DNA of 61,097 nucleotides, taken from positions 1 to 61,097 of the forward strand of contig JBJOER010000018.1 in the NCBI GenBank assembly GCA_046049215.1, in the 5' to 3' direction. Both the position numbers and the translations under genes were made by a program. This DNA is from Bacteroidota bacterium. Lineage in GTDB: Bacteria; Bacteroidota; Bacteroidia; AKYH767-A; OLB10. Below, piece after piece: positions 34,013-42,434 of this stretch. Within the stretch, counting starts at the first letter, position 1; each line of letters starts with the position of its first letter. The notes under the pieces were generated by a model, which saw only the letters and a list, made by a program, of their open reading frames with translations, made no database searches and was not told the DNA's origin.

Positions 34013-35164
34013 ATGGCATTCTTGCGAAATTCAGTCCTGCTGCTTCTTTTTCTTGCAGCCGTACCCGGCAAACCGGTCCACGCCCAAACGAACGCATCCA
34101 TTCAATTCGACGGAGTGACACGCAACTATATCGTTTACGTTCCGGCGAATTGGACGCCTTCCAGTTCCTGGCCATTGGTTTTCGTTCTCCACGGATTCAC
34201 ACAGTCTGCCCAAACCATCATGAATGTGTCCAACTTCAATGCGGTAGCCGACACGGGTTCCTTTATTGTAGCCTACCCCAACGGCATCGGCAATGCCTGG
34301 AACACCAATTCCGGAATGACCGGTGGTTCGACCGCCGACGACATCGGATTTATCGGAGCCTTGACCGATACCTTGCAAGCCTTGTTTAACATCGATACAA
34401 CCCGCGTATTCAGTTGCGGCTTTTCAGCAGGAGGATACATGAGCCACCGTCTTGCATGTGAATCTTCGCGCTGTTATGCCGGGATCGCCTCAGTGGCCGG
34501 TACGATGAGCGTCGGGGCATTCACGGCATGCACCCCTTCACGTCCGGTCCCGGTCGCGCAGATCCACGGTACGGCGGATGGCATCGTCAGTTACAACGGC
34601 AGCGCACAGGGAGGAAAATCGGTGGATGAAGTGGTCGCCTTATGGGTATCGAATAACGGTTGTGCATCATCCCCCGTAGTTACACCTTTACCGGACATTA
34701 ACACCACTGACAATTCGACGGTGGAGTTGAGTCAATATTCACCTTGTAACGGAGGTGTAGAGGTGCGTCTTTACAAAGTCATCGGTGGCGGACACCAATG
34801 GCCGGGCACGACAGCCATTCTCGGCGGATTAGGCACCATCAACCGCGACATCAATGCCAGCGGTGAGATCTGGAAGTTCTTTTACGGGAAATCTTGCGTG
34901 AACAACACTACAGATCTACCTGAACTTCCCGTTCAATCACAGTTCACCCTGAATACGATTCAGGAGGGCTACCTGTACGAAGTACAGAACGCAGATCATG
35001 CATTGTCCTTCAACTGGTCACTTCACGATATCTCAGGCCGATTGATTTTCGAGGGAAATGCCCGCAGCGGTTGGCAGTTGAACCGCGGAAATCTGAACGC
35101 CGGTGTGTACATGCTGAGCATACGGTCCGGTAGATCCCTTCAGACCTTCCGCATTCGCTTCTGA
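34013..35164 (+). CDS. Secreted PHB-depolymerase-family (CE1-like) esterase with type-A T9SS C-terminal sorting domain
   Basis: A signal peptide is followed by PLVFVLHGFTQSA and the nucleophile elbow GFSAGGYM, then IHGTADGIVSY. The C-terminal ~75 aa (SLHDISGRLIF..LNAGVYMLSIRSGRSLQTFRIRF) match the Por secretion tail pattern. Confidence 0.8.
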   Translation: MAFLRNSVLLLLFLAAVPGKPVHAQTNASIQFDGVTRNYIVYVPANWTPSSSWPLVFVLHGFTQSAQTIMNVSNFNAVADTGSFIVAYPNGIGNAWNTNSGMTGGSTADDIGFIGALTDTLQALFNIDTTRVFSCGFSAGGYMSHRLACESSRCYAGIASVAGTMSVGAFTACTPSRPVPVAQIHGTADGIVSYNGSAQGGKSVDEVVALWVSNNGCASSPVVTPLPDINTTDNSTVELSQYSPCNGGVEVRLYKVIGGGHQWPGTTAILGGLGTINRDINASGEIWKFFYGKSCVNNTTDLPELPVQSQFTLNTIQEGYLYEVQNADHALSFNWSLHDISGRLIFEGNARSGWQLNRGNLNAGVYMLSIRSGRSLQTFRIRF

Positions 35165-35169
35165 GCACG

Positions 35170-36237
35170 ATGACACCCCAACCACAGGGTTCTTCCAGTT
35201 TTCTCGACCGTGCTTTTCGGATGTTATCCGTGCTGGCATTGATCGCCGCTTCGGTCTATGTCATCGCACCATTCATCAGCATCCTGGTCTGGTCCGTTGT
35301 ACTTACCATCGCCCTGTATCCAATGCACAAAGGGCTGCGCGATTTTCAGTTGAAACGTTTTCGCGTAGGCAGCGCACTTTCAGCCTTGCTCATCATTGCA
35401 TCCACCTTTCTGCTGATCATCATTCCATCCATTTGGTTGTTGACCTCCACAGCGATGACCGCTCGTGAATATATCGCCTACCTGAACACTGCAGGTGGTA
35501 TTTCCATCCCTCCTCCCGATCCCAGACTGCTTGAATGGCCGGTTGTCGGGTCTTTCCTGCATGGTATCTGGCTCCGTGCTTCAACCGATCTTCCCGGTCT
35601 GCTTCTTCTTTATGAGAAGCAATGGAGTGCCCTGCTCATCGGTATCGCTTCCTCGGCCGGAGGAGCTGCAGTAAGCCTCGTTTATTTCATGATCGCCCTT
35701 GCGTTGGCCGGTTTTCTCCTTCACCACTCCACCGGTCTCGAACGCGTGGCGCGCGGACTTCTCAAGCGGCTTTCCGGCGACCGATCGGAGGAGATAGCTG
35801 CCCTGATGGTGAACACGGTTCAAGGAGTGATGAAGAGCGTCGTAGTCGTTTCCATACTACAGGCCCTGCTAGCCGGTATCGGATTCGTTATTGTGGGAAT
35901 TCCGCTGGCAGGCATCTGGACAGCGGTTTGCCTGATATTGGCTGTGATGCAGGTGGGAGTCTTGCCCGTAGCGATCGGAACGATCATTTATGCATGGTTG
36001 AATTTCGGAACAACAGGAGCCCTACTATTCACCGTCTGGATGCTGTTCATCGGCATCATCGACAACCTGATCAAACCGTTTTTGATGGGGCAGGAGGGAA
36101 AGACTCCGGTTGCTGTCGTGTTTTTCGGATCCATCGGAGGATTCATCGGAATGGGCTTCATCGGCCTATTCATCGGCGCGGTGCTACTCGCTGTCGCCTA
36201 CGAATTGATGATGGACTGGGTTCAGGAAAAAACCTGA
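35170..36237 (+). CDS. AI-2E family transporter (PerM/UPF0118)
   Basis: The 355-aa product has about 8 TM helices. The characteristic C-terminal half reads GIPLAGIWTAVCLILAVMQVG.., IDNLIKPFLMG and FFGSIGGFIGMGFIGLFIG. Confidence 0.85.
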   Translation: MTPQPQGSSSFLDRAFRMLSVLALIAASVYVIAPFISILVWSVVLTIALYPMHKGLRDFQLKRFRVGSALSALLIIASTFLLIIIPSIWLLTSTAMTAREYIAYLNTAGGISIPPPDPRLLEWPVVGSFLHGIWLRASTDLPGLLLLYEKQWSALLIGIASSAGGAAVSLVYFMIALALAGFLLHHSTGLERVARGLLKRLSGDRSEEIAALMVNTVQGVMKSVVVVSILQALLAGIGFVIVGIPLAGIWTAVCLILAVMQVGVLPVAIGTIIYAWLNFGTTGALLFTVWMLFIGIIDNLIKPFLMGQEGKTPVAVVFFGSIGGFIGMGFIGLFIGAVLLAVAYELMMDWVQEKT

Positions 36238-39200
36238 TTGGGTTTTTCGATACGAACCACCTTTGCTTTTGGAAGCCGGATAAAAAAGGTGGTTCCTTTC
36301 CCGACTTCTGTTTCAAAGCGCACATCTCCACCCATGCCTTCGGTCATGGCTTTTACCATCACCAGTCCGAGTCCCGTACCCCCCGTCTTGGTTGTGAAAT
36401 TCGGAATGAACATTTGCTTTTGTTGCTCAACCGGGATTCCGATGCCATTATCGGCTATTGCTATGGTTATGAAATCACTTCCGTCAATCACGGATAGATT
36501 GATTTGTCCGGGCCGGTTCTCCGGAATCGCCTGTAAGCTGTTTTTGACCAGGTTCCCGAAAATCCGAAGTAGCTGATCCTTGTCGCCGCTGACCATGCAG
36601 GTATCCGGATGTGCGCCGAGGCTGATCCCGGTCCCCTGATCGTTGCCATAAAGTGCAATGGTGTTTTCAAGGATAGGGATCAGGTTTAAAGTCTCCATTT
36701 CCGGTCCCGGTAGTCGTGCGAAATCGCTGAACGCGCCTGCAATCCCTGCCAGCGTGTCGATCTGTTCCACCAGGGTATTGCATATGCGGTTGATCCGTTC
36801 GGGCCTGTCCGGACTGTCTTCTTGCAGGCTACGCTGAAGGTGTTGAATGCCCAGCTTCATCGGGGTCAGCGGATTCTTGATCTCATGCGCCACCTGACGC
36901 GCCATCTCCCGCCATGCTCCTTCGCGTTCGGAGCTTGCCAGTTTCTCGGCGCTGCGTTGCAGCTGGTCAAGCATACGGTTGTATGAATCGATCAGTTCAC
37001 CGAATTCATCGCGCGACTTCCATTCCAAAGGCTTCAATTGCCCAAGTCTTGTTTCACGCAGGTTCTCCTGAAGCAGCTGTAACGGCGCGGTGATACGTGC
37101 CGATATGGCGAAGGCAATGAGTAGCGCGACGCTGAAAAGGAATACGTAAAGATTGATCAGAGCGACAAGAAAATCCGAAATATCCTGTTTTAGCTCGGTC
37201 TCACGGTCATAGAACGGGATGTTCAGGTAGCCGATGATATCGTTTTGTGCATTGCGGACTGGCTCATAGGCCGAGAGGTAGTCCAGTTCTCCGACCCGTT
37301 CTGTTTGGTCGAACACGGTTTGCTGACCCACCGTCAGTGCCCGCAGTGCGTTCCGATCCATGAGCGGTGCCTGCAGGCCTTGTTGGTAGATTCCGGGTTG
37401 TGAAGTGTAGAAAAGGAGTCCATCGCGTCCGAAAATATTGAAGCCTGCATTGGCCGATGAAGCCACACGCTCCAGTGCAAAACGGGTATTCTCCTCTCCC
37501 TCTCCCGTAAGATTGTTGAGGTTGCCGACGATTTCTCCGGTCATGTTCTGCAATTCCTCCAATCGTTCATAGAGATGCTGCACCTGCATTTCGCGGTAAT
37601 TCCTGACGAAGAAGGCGATGGTGGCTGCACCGAGCAGCAGCAAAGTGAAAGTCACCATCGTGAGTACACCGACCTGCAACCTGTTTCTCAACGATGGTGA
37701 GAACCGGAATCCACGTAGTACGATATGACGTAGAGTTATAGCCGAAAAGAATGTTATACCGAAGAAGGTGAATAGGTAGGAGAACAGGGTGATCCAGCCT
37801 GTCCAGCCATAGTCCGGTGCACTGACGATCACCAGGCGGTCACCTTGTCTGTAAAACAGATGCTGAACACCGTCACCACCGGCGAATACCATCTCCCCCG
37901 CGTCACTCTTGGGAACGCGATACGGGGCGTCGGTCTGATAATAATTGAAATCACCTTGTTGAGAGACGAGTTTGCCCTGCTTATACAACGCATAGGAATA
38001 GCCGCGTCTGCTTGTTTCGGTTTCAAGCTGATCGCTCAGCAAGAGTGCAGGTAGTCTTCGCTCATCCAATCGTCCGGTCCGGTTGGTCAGGACGATTGAA
38101 AGGGTTCCTGCAGGCAGGCTTCTGTACATGACCGGTATCAGCATTGAATATCCGGGTTGTCCCTCTTCGTTATGGAATGCAACGGGCATTCGCCCTTCGA
38201 CAGATCGTTTGCGGAGTACGTCTATGTTCCAGCTTGGATCACCGGATGTGTTGATGGGTTTGTCGTTCTGATCGAAAAAGCGGAATGAAGATTCATAACG
38301 GCTCAGATATCCACCCAGGTGGTTTCTCTGGATGTGAGCGCCTGCTTCATTGAGCGCCTCGGTCAGTTGATTGATGCCAGGTGCCGGACCGGAAAGGAAT
38401 CGTCCGATTACGCTGTCTTTACTGATATTATCCGTGATTCGATCAAGTAGGAATTCGGCGATCCGATCCCGTTCGCTGTCGAGTTTCTGGGCGAAGAGCA
38501 TGCGTTTGTCCTGCTCCCTTTTTGCGTTCAGTTCATGCAGAGCCTGCGCCGAATAGATAGCCAGCATGAGCAAGAGCGGTACAGATACATTGAAAGACCA
38601 AATCGTGCGCTCCTTTTCTCTTCGGATGAGCGATGCGATCAGCAACGCCTGAAGCAAAAACCATGCAGTCAGGCTGTAAGGCATTCCATGGAAGTAGTCA
38701 GGTTGATACTTCCAGAGCGCAATGGCCACACCCTGAGGGAACAACCATAAGAATAAAAAAGACAACCACCCTTTATGATACGCTGGGGAAAGGAACCTCG
38801 CTGTGGCATCGGTAGCGAGGTAGAGGGCGATCAACAGAACCAACAAGCCGGTCAAACCGGCAATAGTGTATGAATTCAGCGAGAAAAAGTCGCGGATATC
38901 GAAGGCAATCTGGGAATTCAGTACAAGTCCTGTCAAAAGTCCATGTACCACGATGGATAAAACCGTCGTTGCGCCCATGCCAAAGGCAGCAAGCCATACT
39001 TCACGTTTTGATGCACTTGCGGTTACACCTTGCCCCGTCAATTTGTGGAGGAAAAGCATCGATAATAGGATGATGCCCACCGTGATCAGCAAATCGCCCA
39101 GGGAATTCATCAGAGTTCCGCTGGCATAGTAAACCGGATTGAACAGATCGAGTCCTGCGATGAAAGGAGGCCAGCCGTTCAGGTCTGTCCAGATCCGTAC

Positions 39201-39938
39201 AACCCAAGCGATTGTAACCACAACTCCACCCATTGGTCGGCCGAAGTGACTCACGGCATCCATCATCAAAAGCAGAAGCGAGGCCAGCAGCACGACGAAC
39301 CAAGCATCTCCTGTTCGGGATGCCCCTCCGTGTACGGCAGGTTCCGGAACAATTTCCATCATAACAGAACCATGGTGGTCCTGTAGCGATGTCGAACCCT
39401 CGACGTTTGCATCGGTCGCTACTGGGCTCCAACTCGATTCCAGTCCGAGAAAGGGGTGAAATCCATTCACCAGATATTGGTTTTGCAGGGCGTATCCGGT
39501 GTAGATCTTCAACATGACCAGGAGGATCCTGTCACCGATATCTTTTCTGACGATATAGAACCATCCATTACCCAATTGAGTGCACCTGCCCGTTCGGTAT
39601 GTGCTGATCAGTATCGTTTCGGGGAGTACTTCGCTGTTGTTCCAAAACACCGGCAGGCCTTTTTCGAATACCAGAACTGAGGTCCGCGGAATCTGCTTCT
39701 CCCGCTCCAGCATGTCCGAAAAGCGCCACTCGCTGAAAACGGGTTCCCGTAAACCACTTTCCAGGCGGATGGTCAACGACTCCACTTCTTGGGTCAGATT
39801 CCTGCATTGCTCTACGGCTTGATGGATTTCACGTGAATCTGCGGGGGGAAGTGGGTATGAAGAACCTTGCAGGAAAAGCGCGGCCCACGAAGCCAGGGCC
39901 ACAGCCGCCAGGATCAAAGCACGTTGTCGGAATCCCAT
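36222..39938 (-). CDS. Large multi-sensor membrane histidine kinase (NtrY-type H-box; HAMP-HisKA-HATPase_c) with no adjacent response regulator
   Basis: The C-terminus has a HAMP-like region (ISARITAPLQLLQENL..DEFGELIDSYNRM) and the H-box EMARQVAHEIKNPLTPMKLGIQHL. The N box is LLRIFGNLVKNSLQA, and the G boxes are DNGIGIP and GGTGLGLVMVK. The N-terminal ~960 aa contain about 12 predicted TM helices and three hydrophilic domains. Confidence 0.9.
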   Translation of the reverse strand: MGFRQRALILAAVALASWAALFLQGSSYPLPPADSREIHQAVEQCRNLTQEVESLTIRLESGLREPVFSEWRFSDMLEREKQIPRTSVLVFEKGLPVFWNNSEVLPETILISTYRTGRCTQLGNGWFYIVRKDIGDRILLVMLKIYTGYALQNQYLVNGFHPFLGLESSWSPVATDANVEGSTSLQDHHGSVMMEIVPEPAVHGGASRTGDAWFVVLLASLLLLMMDAVSHFGRPMGGVVVTIAWVVRIWTDLNGWPPFIAGLDLFNPVYYASGTLMNSLGDLLITVGIILLSMLFLHKLTGQGVTASASKREVWLAAFGMGATTVLSIVVHGLLTGLVLNSQIAFDIRDFFSLNSYTIAGLTGLLVLLIALYLATDATARFLSPAYHKGWLSFLFLWLFPQGVAIALWKYQPDYFHGMPYSLTAWFLLQALLIASLIRREKERTIWSFNVSVPLLLMLAIYSAQALHELNAKREQDKRMLFAQKLDSERDRIAEFLLDRITDNISKDSVIGRFLSGPAPGINQLTEALNEAGAHIQRNHLGGYLSRYESSFRFFDQNDKPINTSGDPSWNIDVLRKRSVEGRMPVAFHNEEGQPGYSMLIPVMYRSLPAGTLSIVLTNRTGRLDERRLPALLLSDQLETETSRRGYSYALYKQGKLVSQQGDFNYYQTDAPYRVPKSDAGEMVFAGGDGVQHLFYRQGDRLVIVSAPDYGWTGWITLFSYLFTFFGITFFSAITLRHIVLRGFRFSPSLRNRLQVGVLTMVTFTLLLLGAATIAFFVRNYREMQVQHLYERLEELQNMTGEIVGNLNNLTGEGEENTRFALERVASSANAGFNIFGRDGLLFYTSQPGIYQQGLQAPLMDRNALRALTVGQQTVFDQTERVGELDYLSAYEPVRNAQNDIIGYLNIPFYDRETELKQDISDFLVALINLYVFLFSVALLIAFAISARITAPLQLLQENLRETRLGQLKPLEWKSRDEFGELIDSYNRMLDQLQRSAEKLASSEREGAWREMARQVAHEIKNPLTPMKLGIQHLQRSLQEDSPDRPERINRICNTLVEQIDTLAGIAGAFSDFARLPGPEMETLNLIPILENTIALYGNDQGTGISLGAHPDTCMVSGDKDQLLRIFGNLVKNSLQAIPENRPGQINLSVIDGSDFITIAIADNGIGIPVEQQKQMFIPNFTTKTGGTGLGLVMVKAMTEGMGGDVRFETEVGKGTTFFIRLPKAKVVRIEKPNQVFS

Positions 39939-40067
39939 GTGAACGAAGGTAGGATGTCAGACCGGAGGGAAGTCGCCGGCAGGGGCAATTTATCCACGAA
40001 CTACTGTGGGGATCAGCTCGGCGGATCGGGGGCTGATCGCGCGCCGATTTCATGTACTTTTGGAGGT

Positions 40068-40568
40068 ATGATCAAAGCCACCCTGCAAAGCCGGACCGTG
40101 CTGCGGATCGAGCAGAAGAACGGTTCCCTTTTCCTCGAAGGAAATGAAACCCCTTACGACCTGCGCGAACTCAAGGAAGGGGCCTATCATCTCATGTTGA
40201 ACGGGGTTTCGTATTCCTTGGATGTGATCGCCTCCGACACGATCTCCAAGCGACATGTATTTCGCCTCAATGGAAAGAAAGTAACCGTCCAGCTTGAAGA
40301 CCGTTATGATGCACTGCTCAAAGAACTGGGCATGGATTCAGCCTCGACAAAGAAGACCGATCACCTGAAGGCACCCATGCCAGGACTGGTGGTGGATATT
40401 CCGGTCAAAGAAGGTCAGCAAATCAACAAAGGCGATACACTCGTCATCCTGGAAGCCATGAAGATGGAGAATGCCCTCAAAGCCGTCGCGGATGGTCTGG
40501 TCAAGAAAATCAACGTTCAAAAAGGTCAAGCCGTTGAGAAGAATGTGGTTCTGGTCGAACTTGCATGA
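40068..40568 (+). CDS. Biotin/lipoyl-attachment protein (biotin carboxyl carrier subunit of an acyl-CoA carboxylase/decarboxylase)
   Basis: The C-terminal domain reads LKAPMPGLVVDIPVKEGQQINKGDTLVILEAMKMENALKA..G, with the biotinyl-lysine motif EAMKM. The ATG at 40068 is preferred. The longest ORF (39867) would overlap the divergent kinase start and encodes implausible sequence. Confidence 0.8.
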   Translation: MIKATLQSRTVLRIEQKNGSLFLEGNETPYDLRELKEGAYHLMLNGVSYSLDVIASDTISKRHVFRLNGKKVTVQLEDRYDALLKELGMDSASTKKTDHLKAPMPGLVVDIPVKEGQQINKGDTLVILEAMKMENALKAVADGLVKKINVQKGQAVEKNVVLVELA

Positions 40569-40592
40569 TACACCAACAACAAACACTTTCCC

Positions 40593-41291
40593 ATGGATAA
40601 TCAATTCTCGCGCCGTGATTTCCTGAAAACCACGGCCATGGCTGCAGCAGCGGTGGCCGTTGCCGGCACAGCATCCGCTCTTCCCCATGAGCACGCCAAC
40701 TTTTCCCTCCCCCAATTGCCCTACGGCTACGCTGCCCTCGAGCCCCATATTGATGCCATGACGATGGAAATCCACCACAGTCGTCACCACAAGGCCTACA
40801 TCGACAACCTGAACAGGTTATGTGATGAAAATCATGTGCATGAGACTTCCCTCGAGCGCATACTGGCAGGCATCTCCCGCTACCCCATGGGCATTCGTAA
40901 CAACGGTGGAGGACATTGGAACCATTCCTTTTTCTGGAACTGCATGAAGCCTAACGGTGGCGGAGTACCTACAGGGAAAGCGGCCGAAGCGATCAATGCC
41001 TCTTTTGGAAGTTTTGATGCGTTCAAATCGCTGTTCAGCGATGCAGCCAAATCGCGCTTCGGAAGCGGCTGGGCCTGGCTCGTAAGGACTCCGGAGGGTA
41101 AGTTGGCGGTCGGTTCGACACCGAATCAGGACAATCCCTTGATGGATGTCAGCGAGCTGAAAGGTGCACCCCTCCTTGGACTCGATGTGTGGGAGCACGC
41201 GTATTACCTCAAATACCAGAACAAACGTCCCGACTACATCGGCGCCTGGTGGAATCTGGTCAATTGGGACTCGGTCTCCGCCAAGTTATAA
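40593..41291 (+). CDS. Fe/Mn-family superoxide dismutase with twin-arginine (Tat) signal peptide
   Basis: The Tat signal is [28 protein letters not shown] blocks follow: [45 protein letters not shown] and [20 protein letters not shown]. Confidence 0.9.
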   Translation: MDNQFSRRDFLKTTAMAAAAVAVAGTASALPHEHANFSLPQLPYGYAALEPHIDAMTMEIHHSRHHKAYIDNLNRLCDENHVHETSLERILAGISRYPMGIRNNGGGHWNHSFFWNCMKPNGGGVPTGKAAEAINASFGSFDAFKSLFSDAAKSRFGSGWAWLVRTPEGKLAVGSTPNQDNPLMDVSELKGAPLLGLDVWEHAYYLKYQNKRPDYIGAWWNLVNWDSVSAKL

Positions 41292-41357
41292 AATACACGA
41301 ATGTCGCGGCGATCGTTCAGCCGTTCAGTTCTGTCTTCATATAAATATCTCCTGACG

Positions 41358-42407
41358 ATGCGCGTAAAAGGACTCATTTGGATCCTACTGATCATAGTCG
41401 TGCTTTTCCTGGTCAGGTATTTTTTCCTGACTCCTTCGGATATACCTTCCGCACCGGCCGGCCAGCAACCCGTTCCCGTTGAAGTGACCGTTGTTCAGGA
41501 GACCGAATTCACCGAAGAGGTTTCATCAAGCGGTTCTCTGCTCGCACAGGAGGAGGTGACATTGCGTTCGGAAGCCGCTGGGCGTATTGTTGAAATCGGC
41601 TTCAGGGAAGGAGCACCGGTCAGTCAAGGCCAGTTGATGGTGCGGCTTTTTTCCGATGACCTGAAGGCTCAGCTGAAAAAAACCAGAGCGAGCCTGAGGC
41701 TTGCGGAGGACCGCATCACCAGGAATCAAAAGCTGGTCAATATGCAAGGAATCAGCAGAGAGGAGTTCGACAGGATGCTTAATGAAGCGGAGCTGCTGCG
41801 TGCAGAGGAGGAAATCATTATCGCCCAGATGTCGAAGACCGAAATCCGCGCACCTTTCAGTGGTATGGCCGGATTGCGAGAAGTCAGCATTGGTGCTATC
41901 GTGCAACCTCAACAGGCCATCACTACAGTACAACGGCTTGAGCCACTGAAACTGGAATTCACGTTGCCCGAGCAATTCATCGGACGCATCAGTCGGGGAG
42001 ATTCACTGAATTTCAGTGTGGCCGGTCAGGTCGCTGGCGGTCGTGCAGTGGTTTATGCCACCGATCCATTGGTATCGCAATCCTCACGCAGCATGCGCGT
42101 GCGTGCAACCTGCATCGGATCTGCTAACGGTCTTTTGCCCGGAGCCTTTGCAAAAATCAGTATTCCCATGAAGCATACCCGTTCACTGCTGGTGCCGGCC
42201 GAGTCGGTTGTTCCGGTGTTGAAAGGGAAGCAGGTGTATGTGGTCAGGAATGGGATAGCCGATACCACGGGTATCCGGACCGGTGTACGTACCGCACGTT
42301 CCATCGAGGTCCTTGAAGGATTGAATCCTGGCGACTCCATCGTTACCTCCGGACTTCTTCAACTCCGACCCGGCGTACCGGTTCGCGTCAAAAGCAAAAC
42401 GCCTTGA
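41358..42407 (+). CDS. Efflux RND transporter periplasmic adaptor (membrane fusion protein, HlyD family)
   Basis: An N-terminal TM is followed by a lipoyl-like/coiled-coil hairpin (LKAQLKKTRASLRLAEDRITRNQKL..EFDRMLNEAELLRAEEEI) and then IRAPFSGMAGLREVSIGAIV. The gene is upstream of the RND pump. The longest ORF starts at 41301. Confidence 0.85.
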   Translation: MRVKGLIWILLIIVVLFLVRYFFLTPSDIPSAPAGQQPVPVEVTVVQETEFTEEVSSSGSLLAQEEVTLRSEAAGRIVEIGFREGAPVSQGQLMVRLFSDDLKAQLKKTRASLRLAEDRITRNQKLVNMQGISREEFDRMLNEAELLRAEEEIIIAQMSKTEIRAPFSGMAGLREVSIGAIVQPQQAITTVQRLEPLKLEFTLPEQFIGRISRGDSLNFSVAGQVAGGRAVVYATDPLVSQSSRSMRVRATCIGSANGLLPGAFAKISIPMKHTRSLLVPAESVVPVLKGKQVYVVRNGIADTTGIRTGVRTARSIEVLEGLNPGDSIVTSGLLQLRPGVPVRVKSKTP

Positions 42408-42434
42408 CCCGATTTTAGTGCAGCGCAAACACCG

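Noticed and set aside
36222-36237. A 16-nt convergent overlap between the 3' ends of the AI-2E transporter and histidine kinase genes, considered as possible antisense regulation.
   Set aside because: Short 3'-3' overlaps are common in compact genomes, and nothing else supports a regulatory role.
39867-40067. A 67-codon N-terminal extension of the biotin carrier ORF (track ORF 39867..40568).
   Set aside because: The extension overlaps the start of the divergent histidine kinase gene. It encodes Arg/Gly/Ser-rich sequence with no protein-like character. The ATG at 40068 gives a normal carrier protein.
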